NCBI GenBank assembly: GCA_963924565.1
Contig: OZ004615.1
Location: 18,290,001 to 18,354,000, forward strand
Direction of reading: 5' to 3'
DNA from: Ascidiella aspersa
Taxonomy: Eukaryota
DNA length: 64,000 bases
Every line of letters starts with the position of its first letter. Within the stretch, counting starts at the first letter, position 1. The position numbers were made by a program, and so were the translations under genes. Of the stretch, positions 12,301 through 24,180 are shown one piece after another. The notes below the pieces were generated by a model, which searched no databases, was not told the DNA's origin, and saw only the letters and a list, made by a program, of their open reading frames with translations.

Positions 12301-15300
12301 CTCTCGAGGCACTCAGTTTGGGAATCACTGGTGACTGGTCTATAGCGTGCTGTCTGCATTGTATGTTCTTTGTGGCGCTTTTTGGTCAACCATTGTAGGG
12401 ACGTGTGCTATCGCCGCTCGTGATTGAACATTTGAGAAGTTTCGAGGTTAATTTATGGCGGGTGTTTCTGCTCCAAATCGCAGCAAATAACATTTACTCG
12501 TGTTTAGTGGCACTTAAAAGGGAGTTCCGCCAGTACTGCCCATTTTTAGCTGCGTTTTAAAGACATCACTCGTTGTTAATGGGAAAGTTTTAATTATAAA
12601 TGTCAAAAATCTAGCAGTTCGTGCTGTAAATAAATCTTTCCGATTAGCCTAACATGCTAAAATTATGCTTATTTCAAATTTTATCATTTGTGTATTATTC
12701 TAAACAAGCTCAAGCCAATACAATTAAAACAACAGCAGTAAAACATTTAACAAATCACGATTTAGTACGTGCGCATCATGCTCAGTTAATTATTGCGAGC
12801 TTGCTATTTATAGCTACCTTACATACATTTTATTTGTTGGAAGCAGTTTCTTGAGTTTCATTGCTTTTTATTTGTCTCTAAATAATTTTTGTTCGACGGC
12901 AACGAACACACTGAGCATTTTTGTGCTTAGTTCCAGCTATATCGTTTGAATAATATGATTTGGCTCACCGACTCCAATCCTCTCGTTTAATAGTTAGTCA
13001 CTCTGCTTCGGTAGAAAGTGTTTCTCGGTGACTAGTTGTTGTGATGCCGTGTACCGCAATTCGTTGTGCCATAAACCCGCGTCATGCGATGTGAATTGCC
13101 ATTGGCGTTTCGGCCTGTTTGGCGCAGATAGGCTTTGAATCACGAGTGCGCTTTGCACGCGGATTATTCATTGCAGTTGTTTGCGAGAGCAATATACGCG
13201 CAGTTTTGTCGTTGGATCAATTACCAGATATGGAGAGGAGTAGGCGACCTTTCCCGACCTGCATTGCCGATGCTTTTTAACCGCCCCAGTTTTATGACCG
13301 CTGCGCAATATAGTTGTTTGACACGCGAGAACAGTTTGACAATGTGTGAAGCACAGAACTCGCAGTAATTGGAAAAACGCGCCGTAAAGTGTCACGACTG
13401 CACCGCACAATGTTTTAACCGTTTTTCGATTGATTTGTTTTTTTACATTTTGTTCTACACGCACACTGTAACTTTCAAAAAACGAAATTTTCCACAAGCC
13501 TTATAGTTTGTGCAAGAGAAAACCACAGCTCCTAATCTCAACCGCTTTACGTATCGCCACGTCAACGTTTTTTTAAATAAATAGGCAGTATAACTGCGCC
13601 AAACACACAATAAAAAGTTTGCCAAAATGTGAGAAACCGCCTGAAACCCCTTAACAAAAGTTAAACCTACCTTATGCAAATCAATACTGCGCACCCATGT
13701 TGACTCCACGAATGATTTTTTTCAAAAATTTCAAACTTCTTTATCACTTGTGAAGGATAAGATAAGCGCGATATATTGAAACAGTATGCGCAAGGTTCAC
13801 TCTGCTATACGTCAAAATCCAGCACTATAACCTTCGTCACCACTCTTTCCCCCCTCTTCAACAGGCGAGTTCATCCAGGCGATCTTCACAATGGAGGAGG
13901 AGTGCGAAGTGGACGGGAGCCGTCTTCCTCCTCATGCGCATCTCGAAGCCAACCAGAAGAACCTCCACATGAGCTGCGAGATCGCGCTCTGCAAGATCAC
14001 CTCTTCGATCGAGTGAGTGCTCGTGAAATCTCAGTGACTTGTTCAAGTTTGCCTGTACACCTATGTTTGGAACCTAGTATTGGCGAAAGTGCATAACGGA
14101 AAATACACGTAGTAAAAATATAAAAGCCCATACAGAAGTAGGTGGTGTTTCGAATAACTCTTTATTCATTTTTAACATGTGTATTTTGTACGGACTTTGA
14201 TATTCTTACTACGTCTAACTACAACCTTCAAACATTGTATTCTTCAAAGTAAATTGTCAGCCACTATGGAAAACTACACATTGTGTGATGAAACATATTT
14301 CGTTCCACATTCACAAGTTATGTCCAAGACATTTAAAACCTATAAACAATACAAAACTAGGAAAATTCAATTGAAGAAGACTCTTTTTTTTTATGGAAAT
14401 TGAAATATTTTTTGGTATCTCCAATTGTAATCTTTTTTTCTCTTCTGCCTCAAATTAGGTCTTTAAATTTGGTGCTTAATAAAAATGCATTATATTATTC
14501 CTGTGCATAGCATTGTCAGTCTATCATCAAATGGTATTTATCCTTTATCAAATGGTAAAAACTGCCACTCTTTAGCTATCACCAATCCAATTTCCTCCTC
14601 TTCCTTTATCCAGTTGCTTCCCGTCCGAGCTCCGAGAAGTCCTCTCCATCTGGAGGATGAAGTGCGAAGCGGCGGGGCGTCCCCGGATCGCCAACCGCCT
14701 GGTCACAGCCTCGCTCTTCCTGCGTCTTCTGTGTCCTTCCATCCTCAACCCGAGCCTCTTCGGACTCGCCAACGAGGTTCCGGATCCGAAGACCTCCAGG
14801 ACCCTGACGCTGATAGCTAAAGTGATCCAGAACCTCGCAAATAGGAACAGGTAAGATGCCAGAATCTTTTTGGGGGGATGCAGGGTCTCATAATTTGTTT
14901 TATTCTTCATGCGATTGGCGTGACTTGAACTGTTGGCACGAATCAGTCGGCTACCACTCAAAGCACTAGGCGAATTTTTTCAGTTAAATACTTTTTTGGG
15001 AAGGATGCAAAATGCTGTTTAACTGTAAAGCGACTGAATAAATCGACAAAGGATGGGGATAATGCTGTTACAAAGCTGGGTAATAGGTGCCAGCTGTTTT
15101 AACGTTACATGATACCTTTGAACGCTTATAAATGTTCTAATGGTATTTGTTTATTGCTCAAATGAAATGCATAGTTGTTATTGTCTTCTAAAATCTAAAA
15201 TTTTCTAATGTCGCCTTTATAAGTTATGCTACGTTCAGATTAGTATTTTAGCAAAGAAAACTACCGGTTAACCTAAAGTCAAACTCGGCAACTTTGGTAT

Positions 15301-18300
15301 TACTCAATAATTACCCCAATTCCAATGGAGAAAAATATGTATTTAAAACGTTATAGTTTTCCATCAGTAATAACCAAATAACGTTTTTTACCCTCACGCG
15401 TCGGTGTGTCGCCTTATCTAACTTCTAACTAATGACTTGCCATCGCCTCGGAGACACCGACCCAACTATATAACTGCCCTCTCGGCCAGGTTTGGCAACA
15501 AGGAGGAGTACATGCAGTTCATGGACGCCTTCGTCCGCCAGAAGTGGGACGTTATGGAGGAGTTCATCGGCAACGTTTCCGACCCCGAGTACCCGGCCCT
15601 AACCAAGGGATTCGATGGCTACATCGACCTAGGCAAGGAGTTCGCTCGACTTCACGCCTTCTTCGCCGAGGTCTTGCCCACTTTGAACGAGGTTTGTGTT
15701 TAGTAGTAGTAGTAGTAGTATTGTTGGTGATAACTGGCTGGCGGTTAAAAGGCTTAGAGTGAACCACAGCAGCATACTTTTGACCACTTTAAACGATTGA
15801 CATTTTGGAGCTAATATTGGTAAAACGAGTGTTAGTGGTGGCTGCTAAAAGGCCAGCGGTGAAACACAGCAGCATGCAACGAGATTGTAGCTTTAAACGA
15901 CGTTTTTAATTCTTTTCTATGCATGATGATTTTTTTCGGGTTTTGTGGCTCAGTATTTTTCCCGGGTTTCGCTCAAATAACTCACAACAGGGCGAAGTTG
16001 TGCTTTCTAGCTTTATCAAATTAATTTTAATTTTATTTTAGAATCATTTTGTGACTAGAAAAGTTGGTTTGTGTCTTCTGATTTGTTTTCATCGTTTGTC
16101 GAAATGGCCAGTCTTTGTATAGTGGTTGTTAATAAACACGGGGACGTCATTTAAATTCTCCATACAGAACTAGCTTTACTTGTTGCTGAATTGTTCGAAC
16201 TAGCTCATATTTCTATCGTACCTATTTCCTTGCAAGCAAATATGCAAAGTATCATGTTTCATTTTTCTCCAGAACGTCGTCTCCTGTCTCGGCTGTCTTC
16301 CCGACATCCTGGCCAAGATCACGATCCTCCTGGAGAACCCGTCCCACGCCACCTCCGCCACATCAGAGTCCGCCATGAAGAGGAGCCAGACCGAGTCCTC
16401 CCACGACCTCTCGAAGATCAACGAGGATCAGTCGATCAACATGTACGTGCATCGCTTTTTCTCTTGCTTTCGTTTGCATGTAGACCAGGGTTTCTTAACT
16501 TTTTTTACCTTTACCGCTGACCCCTAAGAACTTTTTTTTTTGCTTCGCATGGGCCAGTGTAGGTAAGGAATTTTTAGTGATGACGTCATAAATGTACGTC
16601 ATAATACAAACAGACTTTATAAATTTGCTGTTTCCGGTCAAAAAAATGTGAAATGAAATGAAGTTCTATTAGTATATTCAGTACAAAACGTTATATTTTT
16701 AACTAAAGCCTACTCTTTTCTTTTGAAAATGGATTGCTTGAATATTCACTAACAGCTCAAATAGGCCTTCATGGACCCCCTAAAACTAGTTCACGTACAC
16801 CCAAAGGGTCCTTGGACCCCAGTTTAAGAACCCCTGATGTAGATTGAAGATCAGAATATCAGCATATTTGTTAGCCGTGGATAAATTAGGGCTAGATTTC
16901 TTGACTCAGTGGTTTAAAACAAATGGACCATCAAAGGTGATTCTGTTATAAAAATTACGACGAAAAAAGGTTAACACTTTCCTTATTGATGGATAACATT
17001 ATAAAGCCATTCTAATGAACATTGTCTTGGCTCTTGGGTATAATTCGAAAAAAACATTGTGCATTTGTCAAAATGGTGATCTTCACGGAGTACAGTTATT
17101 TCGACGTTTTAATACAGAATTAGCCCTTACTACCCAGCCAGAATCGCGTAACTATATACTTTCCTTTTTCTTACATGCAAAATAACGCGATTGTTTGTTT
17201 GATTGATGCGGCCCACAAGCAAACAATAACCAACCATCCTGATGAAATGTAGTTTCTTAACACAGGACTACCTCTGCCTCAGTGCATGGACTTGACGATG
17301 GGAGTGTCACCAACGGGTATTCCCCGCCGCCTTTGCACGGCAGCCGGTCTTCAGTGGCTGTAAGTGGACGTTTATTTGTTTCACTGACTTTGGAATTTTT
17401 GTTTTGCAAGTTTATAAACTTAAATGAAGGAAACGTAAATTTTTTGAAACGATCAAATCAGGCGAGCGAATATTTGGATGTAGTATGTATTTGGATGTGA
17501 AGGGTATATTTTCAGCCTTATTATAACATTGGGTTGTAAGTTGAGCATTTTCACAGAGTGCAACATGTAAAACTGAAAAATTAATGGTTTTTAAATTAAT
17601 TTTTCGGCGAAAAACCATGTAAAGAATATAATGTTTTGCTGCTTAACATTCAGCTTTTCCCCGCCTAAAAAGTTGAACACCAAGTTAAACAAAAACTTAC
17701 CTTTACCTCGATTAAAAAAAATTAAACATCAATTTACAACAAAAACTTACCTTTACCTTGGCTAAAAAAAATCTAACACGAAGTTTAACAAAAAAAATAT
17801 GTTTGCGCAGGACGCCAGCAGCTGCAACAACAGCAACAACAACACGGCCAGCTCCCGCCATCGCTCCACCCTGCTTTCCACTGAGAACCTGGAAAAAATT
17901 GGCGGCGGCGTGGTTCGCGAATCACCGCCGCTCATGTTCAGCAACCCAGCCTTCCAACTCCAACAGCAGAAGCGCTATGTTCGCGGCGTCAGCTCACCGG
18001 CCTCGTTGCCCACGTCCGAGCTGAGCGCGGCGCCGGACCCGAAATACGGCGCCCGAGGGTCCCCGGGTTCCGGCGCCAGTCCGGCCCGCGTCGGGAATGC
18101 GGCCAACAGCAGAGAAAAGTCGTTTGCTGGAGGTGGGTGTGAAAAACTCTTTATGTTCTTCTTATATGACGCTTAGAAAACCCTACAGGAGCAGGTTGTA
18201 TGTTGTTGGTTTGTTTTCTGTTTTTTTGCTAATTTAACAAAACTTAAATAGCATCAGTCCTATACAAGTATTATGATTTTTCAACGAGTGACTAATTAAC

Positions 18301-21300
18301 TGGAATGGGTTACGGATTTGCATCAAAGTCTAGAGTAATCTATCTAAAACATAGTCAAAGTCTAGAGTAATCTATCTAAAACATAGTATACTGTCACACT
18401 TGGCACAACCAATTTTGGACAATTATTTTTACAAATGAAGGTTTCAGTTCTTTTTTAAATTTTGTAAATAATATTTTTTACAATATAAGGCTTTTGCTCT
18501 CATCACTTGCAGAAATTAGCGCAAAGCCAAACGTTGTCGTAAAGCCAAATCAAAAGCGTACCAAACGTAGTCTTTGTACAATCAAAACTTTTACACAGAG
18601 TATAAATCACATCTTGTACACTCGTGCAGTTACGCGAAAAAAACAGACACCTCAGCCTCGCGACCCCACAACCGTGTTACCAGTCAGTGCTCGCGTACAA
18701 CAAACACATATTTGCCTTAGTAAACCATTCCGATCACAAAACGGACACCCTACCCCTAATGAACAGTAACGCTGCAGCACCAGGCGTCACGACTTTAGGC
18801 CCTTAAGTAGGTCCCGAAAAGACAATTCCGGTATTTTGCGCAGACGGCGCAGTTTTACCGCCGCAGAGCCACTGACCCAACCGAAGTCCGCCGCTAATTT
18901 AGGTTTATTCGCGGTACGTGACAAGCGTTCGTGCCTCGGCCGCGAAACGTCAATGTAGCATCGTGATAGGGCGAGGAAGGGGCCGATGTCCGATTAGCAG
19001 TTTGATATTTTTTTCTTTGCACCGAAAGCCAGCCTTTCGACGAAGTTTTTTTTTGCTTTGCGTGTCAATATGATTTTAACAGTTTCGCCGTAGCGCCATA
19101 AACGCACCACGCCCTTTCACCTATTTTGCTTGACAAATGTTGTTCGAAATTTTTATCGGATATTGGCGCGGTTGCGTCGCGGCATTATTAGCTTGAGCAA
19201 AAAATACTTTTTCTAGCTGTGTCTCTGCATGAATAATTAATTAATTTCCATGAGCAGGCGGCATTTGTGGTTGCACACAATGCCTTGAAAGACTAGAATC
19301 ATAGGTTATACTACGGAAGATCAGTTTTTCAGAATCGTTTTTTTTAAATATATTCTTGCAATAAATTCTTACAATAAAAATCAAAAAAGATTAAAATGAC
19401 TTGTAACAGCGTTTATCCGAGTGCTAAAAGTCAAAACACTTGGTGTGTTATAATTGCCTGGGATACTAATAAAACTAATAATTCGCCTACAGAGGTCCAT
19501 AAAATTTCAGAGCCATACCTACTAGTACTACTCATCCTATATACTCGGTTTCTCGGTTTGCAAAAGCGTACTCCTCCAACAACAATCTATTGTCCCTTAG
19601 GCCCGCTCGCCTTCTCCAACCCACTCCAAGTCCTCGCCATGGGCGGCAAATCCAACAACCGTCACCTCGAGACGGTTTTCACCACCGAGACCGTCACCTA
19701 CTCCGCCCCGCGCCCCACCCACCTAAAGCCGACCAATCACCGTCCGTTCCGCCTCGGTGCGCACGACACCGACTCGAGCAACGACTCGGACGACGACAGC
19801 CACACGTCATCGCTATCCTCGCGCCAGTCGTCCACCACAACCGCCGACGACACCGCGTCGAGTTCTGAAAATTCGCCGCTGCTTACCCGACACGCGGTGG
19901 CCTCGCAAAGACAACACCGCCATCATCAACAACAGAAGCAGCCTCATCAGGGCGTGTCAAAATCGGTCGCCGAACGAATGGATGACGATGGTCCGATGGT
20001 GTCCGCTACCACCGTTCCCTCTTCGCTGTCTAGCGCCGGCTTGCGGACAGGTCTGCAGTCATACAGTAGCCACAGGGAGTCGCCCACGGGCCGCAACCCG
20101 CCGCAGCCAAAAGCCAGGACGAGCTTTATTGACGCAGACGGCAACAAGAAGCGAAAAACGTCGGCACCGAATCTGCTTCACCCCGTCACTCCTTTGACCC
20201 ACTACAACTCACCCAAGCGTCTCAGCATCGGGGTGGTACCCCTGAGCCGCGATGACGTGGCCAAGAGCGTGCCCAGTCTTCAGTTCGCCCCCAATCTGGA
20301 CAGCGCCATCTTGCAACTGAAGGAGGACACTCTGGATGAATCAAGACAAACAAAGTCCAAAGGTTAGTGTTGCGCTGTTTGTGCCGCTTTTACCTTTTGT
20401 ACTTTCCCGGTGGCACGAGACTTGTGTTCTGTATATATTCGTTTTTAGTGGACTTTGCGCCCGCCTTTAATGAATCCCTGGTTGTAGTAAAATGCCTTTC
20501 TGTGCAACACCCTTAATTTGGCAAAAGTTTCGCTTTTCCAATTGCGATCTACGGCGGCCCAACGCTCAATACTCGTGAAGGCAAGTAGAAATCCACACAC
20601 GAGTACTCGAGTAGGCTAAATGTATTTAGTCAATTTTGTATCCGGTTAGGGCATTTTAACCCTAACCTTTCCACTTGACACGGTAGCACTTATCTTATCC
20701 TGACACGAGTCCTTTTATCTTACTGTCGATCTTTCCTACCGGCAGATGGCGTTGTGAGCGATGACCTGGTGTCGGCCTCGGTTCCGGTAAGGTCCCGGGT
20801 CGTGGTCTGCTCTTCGAACGCGACCAGGGTGAAAACGGCCAAGCACATGACCGGTCAGCAGCAACAGAAGCAAGCACAACAGCTCCAGCTGCAACTTCAG
20901 CAGCAACAGCCAGCCGTCCAACAGTCGCCCAAGCAAAGTCCTACCGCGCAAACGGCGCCCGTGCAGGTAACATTGCAGTAATTTAGAACTTACTGCTGCT
21001 ATTGACCAGCTACATTATTGTTATCGTACCTCCAATACTTAGGGTTTCTAATAATCGACCAGCTACATTTTTGCTATCGTACTTGCAATAGCCAGTTTAC
21101 CGTTTGCGTGAATAATTCCTAACGTTCCTCTAAGTTTGCTCCTAGAGAATCTCCTATAAACAGTAAAATTAAAAATTCAGTATAAACACGCTACTGTGAG
21201 AACCAAAGGCCTATTAAGGGAATTAGTTATTGACTTAAATGTTTTTTTATAGATTTGCAAATCTTAAAATTAAATGACTTTTGTTAACTATTCTTTTTAC

Positions 21301-24180
21301 TTCTTTTTGGTATATTTTAATTGCACTAAATCTATGTCAAAACTGTTGTAACACCCGATTTTGTAATAAACTTTATGCATAACTACGATTACCCACCACT
21401 GCTTGTAGCATTATTATAAAATGAATTGCCAAACATAACAAAAATATAGTAACATATTAATGTAAAGCGTTGTGGCAGGCAATATATCCTGGTAGTAGTC
21501 CATAATACAACATTTAAATAGCCCAACGATTCTTTTGAACTTTACATATTTAAAATGTTTTTTCCGTTAGACATATATTATAATAGAATAACAACTTATC
21601 ATTGCTTGTCATCGTAACCAGAGTTAAATCAATTGGATTTTGTATTACCGTTTTTAGTGTAATTGTAATTATAATGTAATTGGGGAATATTTCATTCATT
21701 GAGAAAAAAAGTCCAAATAATGTTTCACGTTGCTTATTTTCTTTGGGAAGCGATGAGAAGACATAAACTGTTTCCATATTTCAGCAGCAATAGAAAACTT
21801 TTAATTGATGTAATTAATTTCAGTTATAATTTAACTGTAATTGGAATGTAATTGAAACATTTAAGCGAGTAATTGTAATTGTAATTACAATTGAACTGAA
21901 TTAATGTAATTGATCCAACTCTGATCGTAACACAATAAAATTCCCCAACAGCCGGTACGGAGAAGTTCACAAAAGAAGATCACCCCCGTCCACAAATTCC
22001 AGAGGGTGGGTGACGATCCGGGCGCCCCCGTTCAGGGGAACTCCCTGCCGCCGGCCACGTCGGAGGACCCCATCTCACCCGAGGCCAGAACGGCCCAGTG
22101 GATCCTCAACAACGTCCCGGCCCCGGGAAAGGACCCCAAACGGTCGGGGGAGTCCGAACATCACCCCGTTCTCACACCGAAAGATGTGAGTTGACGTTGA
22201 ATTTTCGAAAGCAAATTAATTATTGGTGTTTTTGGAGTAATTTTTTAGTGATTTTTCAGTGGTGGTTTTTAGTTATTTTTTGTCCGAAATCGAGTTTTTA
22301 AGCTACATGCATTTGGGAGCAAAATGCCTGACATTGTGTAGAAAATTGTGTAAACGAAGTTAAAAATCAAAACATAGTGCTGGTTTTAGGGAGCATTTTA
22401 AAATTAATCTCAAATTAATCGATTCTATTTGAATAAGAAACTGACGATGCCTTATAGGCGAAATATATATTTCTGGAAAATTTTAAGAAATTATTTTCTG
22501 TTTTATCTGTTTTTATAAACAGTCTTAAGATCATCTTATACGAAACAAGAATCTTTCTTTTATGTTTTATTGTCTGCGGGAGATTCCCTACTTTCCTAAA
22601 GCTTATTTCAAAACTAATACTTTATTCCTATTTGTGCAACGCTCTTTGAAATGTGAGAGAAGCACAATGTTAAGTTATACTTGCAACAAGGAGCTTAAAA
22701 ATTAAAAAAAGATTCTAATATCTCTAGACTCAAAGTTAAATTTACCAAACGTGTTTTCTTTCAGTACGAAGACCGAATCATCCGACTTGAAACCGAAGTC
22801 GAGCGCATGAGGTCGCTGTTGAAGGCGAAAAATGAAAACCAGAGATCACAGGAGCACAAGGAAACTCAGCTCAACGACAAGGTTCGTGACTATCAAAAAA
22901 TATGTTTCCGCCTAAACTTCCTAAATTAAAGCATACCTGAAAAAACTAGGGCCTGTTGGGCAGGCAATTTATTCCAGACCGCGGCCCATTTTTCATTTTT
23001 TTAGGCCCAAAATAAGCATATATTTATTTTGATTTTAGAACATTTATTGAGCAAATTACACTTGTATGTCATCCTCGCAAATTCCTACTATACGAGCTAG
23101 TTAAAGCCAGGGTATTTACAGCTTTATTTTGAAAGAAATCACGTTTTATTTTATGTGTATTGCAGATATCCGTTTTGACCAGGCCCTTCAAGACATTTCC
23201 TGTTTTTTTATGCGGCCCCTTAAAAAAATAATTTCCCATCCTGGTGTAAAGGAACGCTGTAATCTATTTCGTCACCGCCGTTTTTCAGCTTACGGCATTA
23301 AAGGAGCTGTGGTCAAATATTTAAAATTTTGCAAAAATCGGGGTGTAATATATGTTTTTACTACGATATTCAATCTTTTTTTTGTATTATGTTCCTAGTT
23401 TTCTATTTTTAAAACTCAATGATAAAAACCCATGGAGACTTATTACTTTTCAAAAACGTGTAAAAACTTTTTGATTCCTTACCTGCTTGGCTAAGTTTAG
23501 TTAAAATTTTGTTACGACTGTTTTTTACCATTTTCTTTTCAACAGATCCACAAGCAACAGCAAAACGGCGAAAAGCTTCGTCGTGACCTCGACGCGAGAG
23601 ACGAGCAAGTTCACCAGCTTATGCAGAGGTAAGGATTCTTAGCTCTGCCTATTTTATTCTGCCTCGGATTGACATTGTTTTAAAATGCCAAAGGTCACAT
23701 TGATTGTATGTGTTTTAACTTTTTTTATTACGAAAACAGCAACTTTCCCTCTTAGTAAAACCCAAAGCCGTAGCTTTCCATTCACCACCATTTCATCTCG
23801 TCCACAGTTTGTTTGAGCTCGAATCGAAGCAGCAACGCGAGCGTTCGGAAACCCAGGCCGTGCTCGAGTCCAAGGACGGCCTGGTCAGCGAGCAGCTGGC
23901 GCTCATCGACAAGCTTAAACTGGAAAACGCGCGCCTGCTCGAGACCATTGGGCACCTGAAGCTCACATCGGCAGGATCTGAGACACCGAATTCCCGCCCG
24001 GATCCGAAGCGTCGCTCTGACAAGTTTCGGCCGCATATCGCGCTCACCGGAGACCACGGCTCGTCGCCCGGCGGCACTCAAAACTTCGGGCCCTCGGCCT
24101 TCCTCAGCGTCTACAGCGGCCCACCTCTGGACCGTCGCGTGATCCCGGGGTCAATGACCTCGACGTCGTCTTCGGTGTGA
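3303..24180 (+). CDS. Ras GTPase-activating protein, SynGAP/DAB2IP/RASAL2 family (PH-C2-RasGAP-disordered-coiled coil), ~20 exons
   Basis: Phase-consistent GT-AG exons: 3303-3722, 4489-4583, 7708-7879, 8562-8660, 8939-9081, 9496-9666, 10345-10591, 11170-11311, 13865-14012, 14614-14850, 15490-15691, 16273-16442, 17266-17359, 17811-18132, 19601-20362, 20746-20966, 21952-22185, 22765-22881, 23546-23628, 23808-24180. Family motifs: PH ([24 protein letters not shown]), C2 ([25 protein letters not shown]), GAP arginine finger [68 protein letters not shown] and a C-terminal coiled coil. The first exon is less certain than the rest. Confidence 0.93.
10113..10310. mobile_element. hAT MITE in RasGAP intron
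   Basis: Ends CAGGGGTTCCCAACC and GGTTGGAAACTTCTG; TSD ACCTAGTG / ATCTAGTG. Confidence 0.8.
11340..11779. repeat. Diverged ~220-bp tandem duplication in a RasGAP intron
   Basis: Copies 11340-11520 and 11563-11779 share GAAACATGTAT..ACAAATTCCAGATAA, TAACATTATGC, GATCAAAGTC and CAGTAAAAA. Confidence 0.75.
12048..12337. mobile_element. hAT MITE in RasGAP intron
   Basis: Ends CAGTGGTTCCCAAA and TTTGGGAATCACTG (plus a 7-bp extra GTGACTG); TSD GTCTATAG on both sides; subterminal TTTCGCGGCACACTT twice. Confidence 0.8.
16486..16836. mobile_element. hAT MITE in RasGAP intron
   Basis: Ends CAGGGTTTCTTAAC and TTTAAGAACCCCTG; TSD ATGTAGAC / ATGTAGAT. Confidence 0.8.
18323..18387. repeat. Perfect 32-bp tandem duplication
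   Basis: TCAAAGTCTAGAGTAATCTATCTAAAACATAG occurs twice in tandem. Confidence 0.9.
21619..21923. mobile_element. hAT MITE with internal GTAATT repeats
   Basis: Ends CAGAGTTAAATCAATT and AATTGATCCAACTCTG; perfect TSD ATCGTAAC at 21611-21618 and 21924-21931. Confidence 0.85.
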
